This document shows, one piece after another, positions 50,122 to 51,597 of a DNA stretch of 51,597 nt. The stretch is from positions 1 to 51,597 of the forward strand of contig MQRK01215545.1 in NCBI GenBank assembly GCA_001938485.1, in the 5' to 3' direction. A program made the position numbers and the translations under genes. The DNA comes from Girardia tigrina (taxonomy: Eukaryota). Within the stretch, counting starts at the first letter, position 1. Each line of letters starts with the position of its first letter. A model generated the notes under the pieces. It had not been told where the DNA came from. It saw only the letters and a list, made by a program, of their open reading frames with translations, and ran no database searches.

Positions 50122-50669
50122 TCAACCCAATCAGGCTTAATATTTATCTCAAATTGATTTCGAAATTGTCATCAAGAAATCGCACAGTACAATTAATATC
50201 AATGATCAAATGAGAATCACTCTTAGGAAAAAGTGCCATCAAAAAACCAATCAAAACAATGAGTGTGGAGATCCAGATCCCACTTTTCAATCATTATATA
50301 TAAAAAAACCCCACAAGAATAAAAAATTAAGAATAAGACTCAACTGCACACCACTATAAGAAACGCCTTTGGAAGTGATAATACACTTACATATCAAAGA
50401 TGTGGAGAAGCGTTAAATACAAACATTTATATTTCACAGCTATACAGAAAAGTCAAGTCACGTATGAAATTAAAAAAAACGACTAAGTGTAAGATTAACA
50501 GAATGGAATAAGTGAAAGATGACTCTTGTTCAATAACAAATAGAATAATTTTGTTTCTAGATGAGTTCAACCTACATACATCCGGTAACTATGGCTATTA
50601 GGGAGTTTCTTAAGATGTTGTTCTATACCAGCCTCGATCACAGGGTCAAAATATTTCAATTTGTGCGAA

Positions 50670-51050
50670 TAATATCGTCCAAAATAATCGAATGTCATCG
50701 AATTCAAGATGATTCTTATGATCGTGATACATTCCTAGACTTTCTAAATCTTTGTAATGAAAAGTGATACATTTGTAATGATGTTTCATAAGGTTGTTGT
50801 TATGGACAACGTCAGGTTTCATAACTGTCATGAGATAAAAACCTTTTTTGAAGATATCAACATAGAGGTTGCTTACTTGCCGGCTTATTCCCAAGATCTA
50901 AATTCAATTGGAAATGTATTTGTATCAATTAAAGGCGAAGCAATTTCGTATACGTATTCGAGCAACAACACGTGATTAATTAAAAGATAATAAACTTGGT
51001 GTTGCCTGAACTAAATTAATTTGCAGAGTATTACTGACATTTATGGGAAA
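50670..51050 (+). mobile_element. IS630/Tc1-type DDE transposase C-terminal relic
   Basis: DTFLDFL...VVVMDNVRFH...YLPAYSQDLNSIGNVF (compare YLPPYSPDLNPIENVF). Confidence 0.82.
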
Positions 51051-51550
51051 TTTGTAACTCGAAAAAAATGGACAACAAAATTAAAGGAAATGATGTGTCG
51101 CGCTTATTTTATTTTTATCTGTTTTGTAATTATTGACTTTAATATATATTGTAGAATTTAAATTGCAATTTAAAAAAACACTTTTTAATTTGCAAAATAC
51201 TAGTTTTTGAGATTATTATTTAAAAATGTATTTGTTCAACTGACTTTCTTTTATGCTATATTATGGTCATTCCTCAATTAATCATGGTACTTTGCTCAGT
51301 TTACCTTGTCGCTGAACCAGTTCATGTAATTTGGAAAAAAACAAATCACCGAAAAGCTATCCAAGCCCAGCGAATATAACAGTATGCTTTTCTTTGTCAG
51401 TGTGTTTATTTTTTATCTTTCTGATACTAGTATTGACATAACAAATATAGGAGGCAATATTAAGAGGCAAGACTAAGTAAATAAAATTTAACTATTGAAA
51501 TTCCCTTACAATTATAACACGGCAAAAGAGAATTGAATTTTCAGATAAGA

Positions 51551-51554
<4 letters not shown>

Positions 51555-51597
<43 letters not shown>
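51555..51597. repeat. (TA)n microsatellite at the window end
   Basis: Directly visible. Confidence 0.95.

Overview
AT-rich eukaryotic genomic DNA with N-gaps and short (about 52-55 nt) GT-AG introns. It is most likely from an animal, because an Integrator subunit 8 homologue is present; a planarian-like genome is plausible but cannot be shown from the sequence. The window is mostly transposon and pseudogene debris. Mobile-element relics include a Gypsy integrase end, two LTR-like repeats, a Penelope-like GIY-YIG fragment with a minimal hammerhead ribozyme, several Tc1/mariner/IS630/pogo relics, hAT and MULE relics, and a TA-targeting MITE whose empty site is also in the window. Host-gene fragments include XMAP215/ch-TOG TOG1 exons in 2-3 copies, an internally deleted SMC2, a frameshifted EB1, a multi-exon INTS8 pseudogene bracketed by 310-bp direct repeats, and two small C3HC4 RING genes. 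The most notable structures are: (1) a 3.2-kb unit bounded by long inverted repeats that contains a Penelope endonuclease, an antisense host-like exon and a hammerhead ribozyme; (2) a covarying pseudoknot and a tRNA-Pro PBS-like motif inside the two LTR-like repeats; (3) the concentration of mitosis-gene fragments. All homology calls come from manual translation and recalled family motifs, not from database searches.
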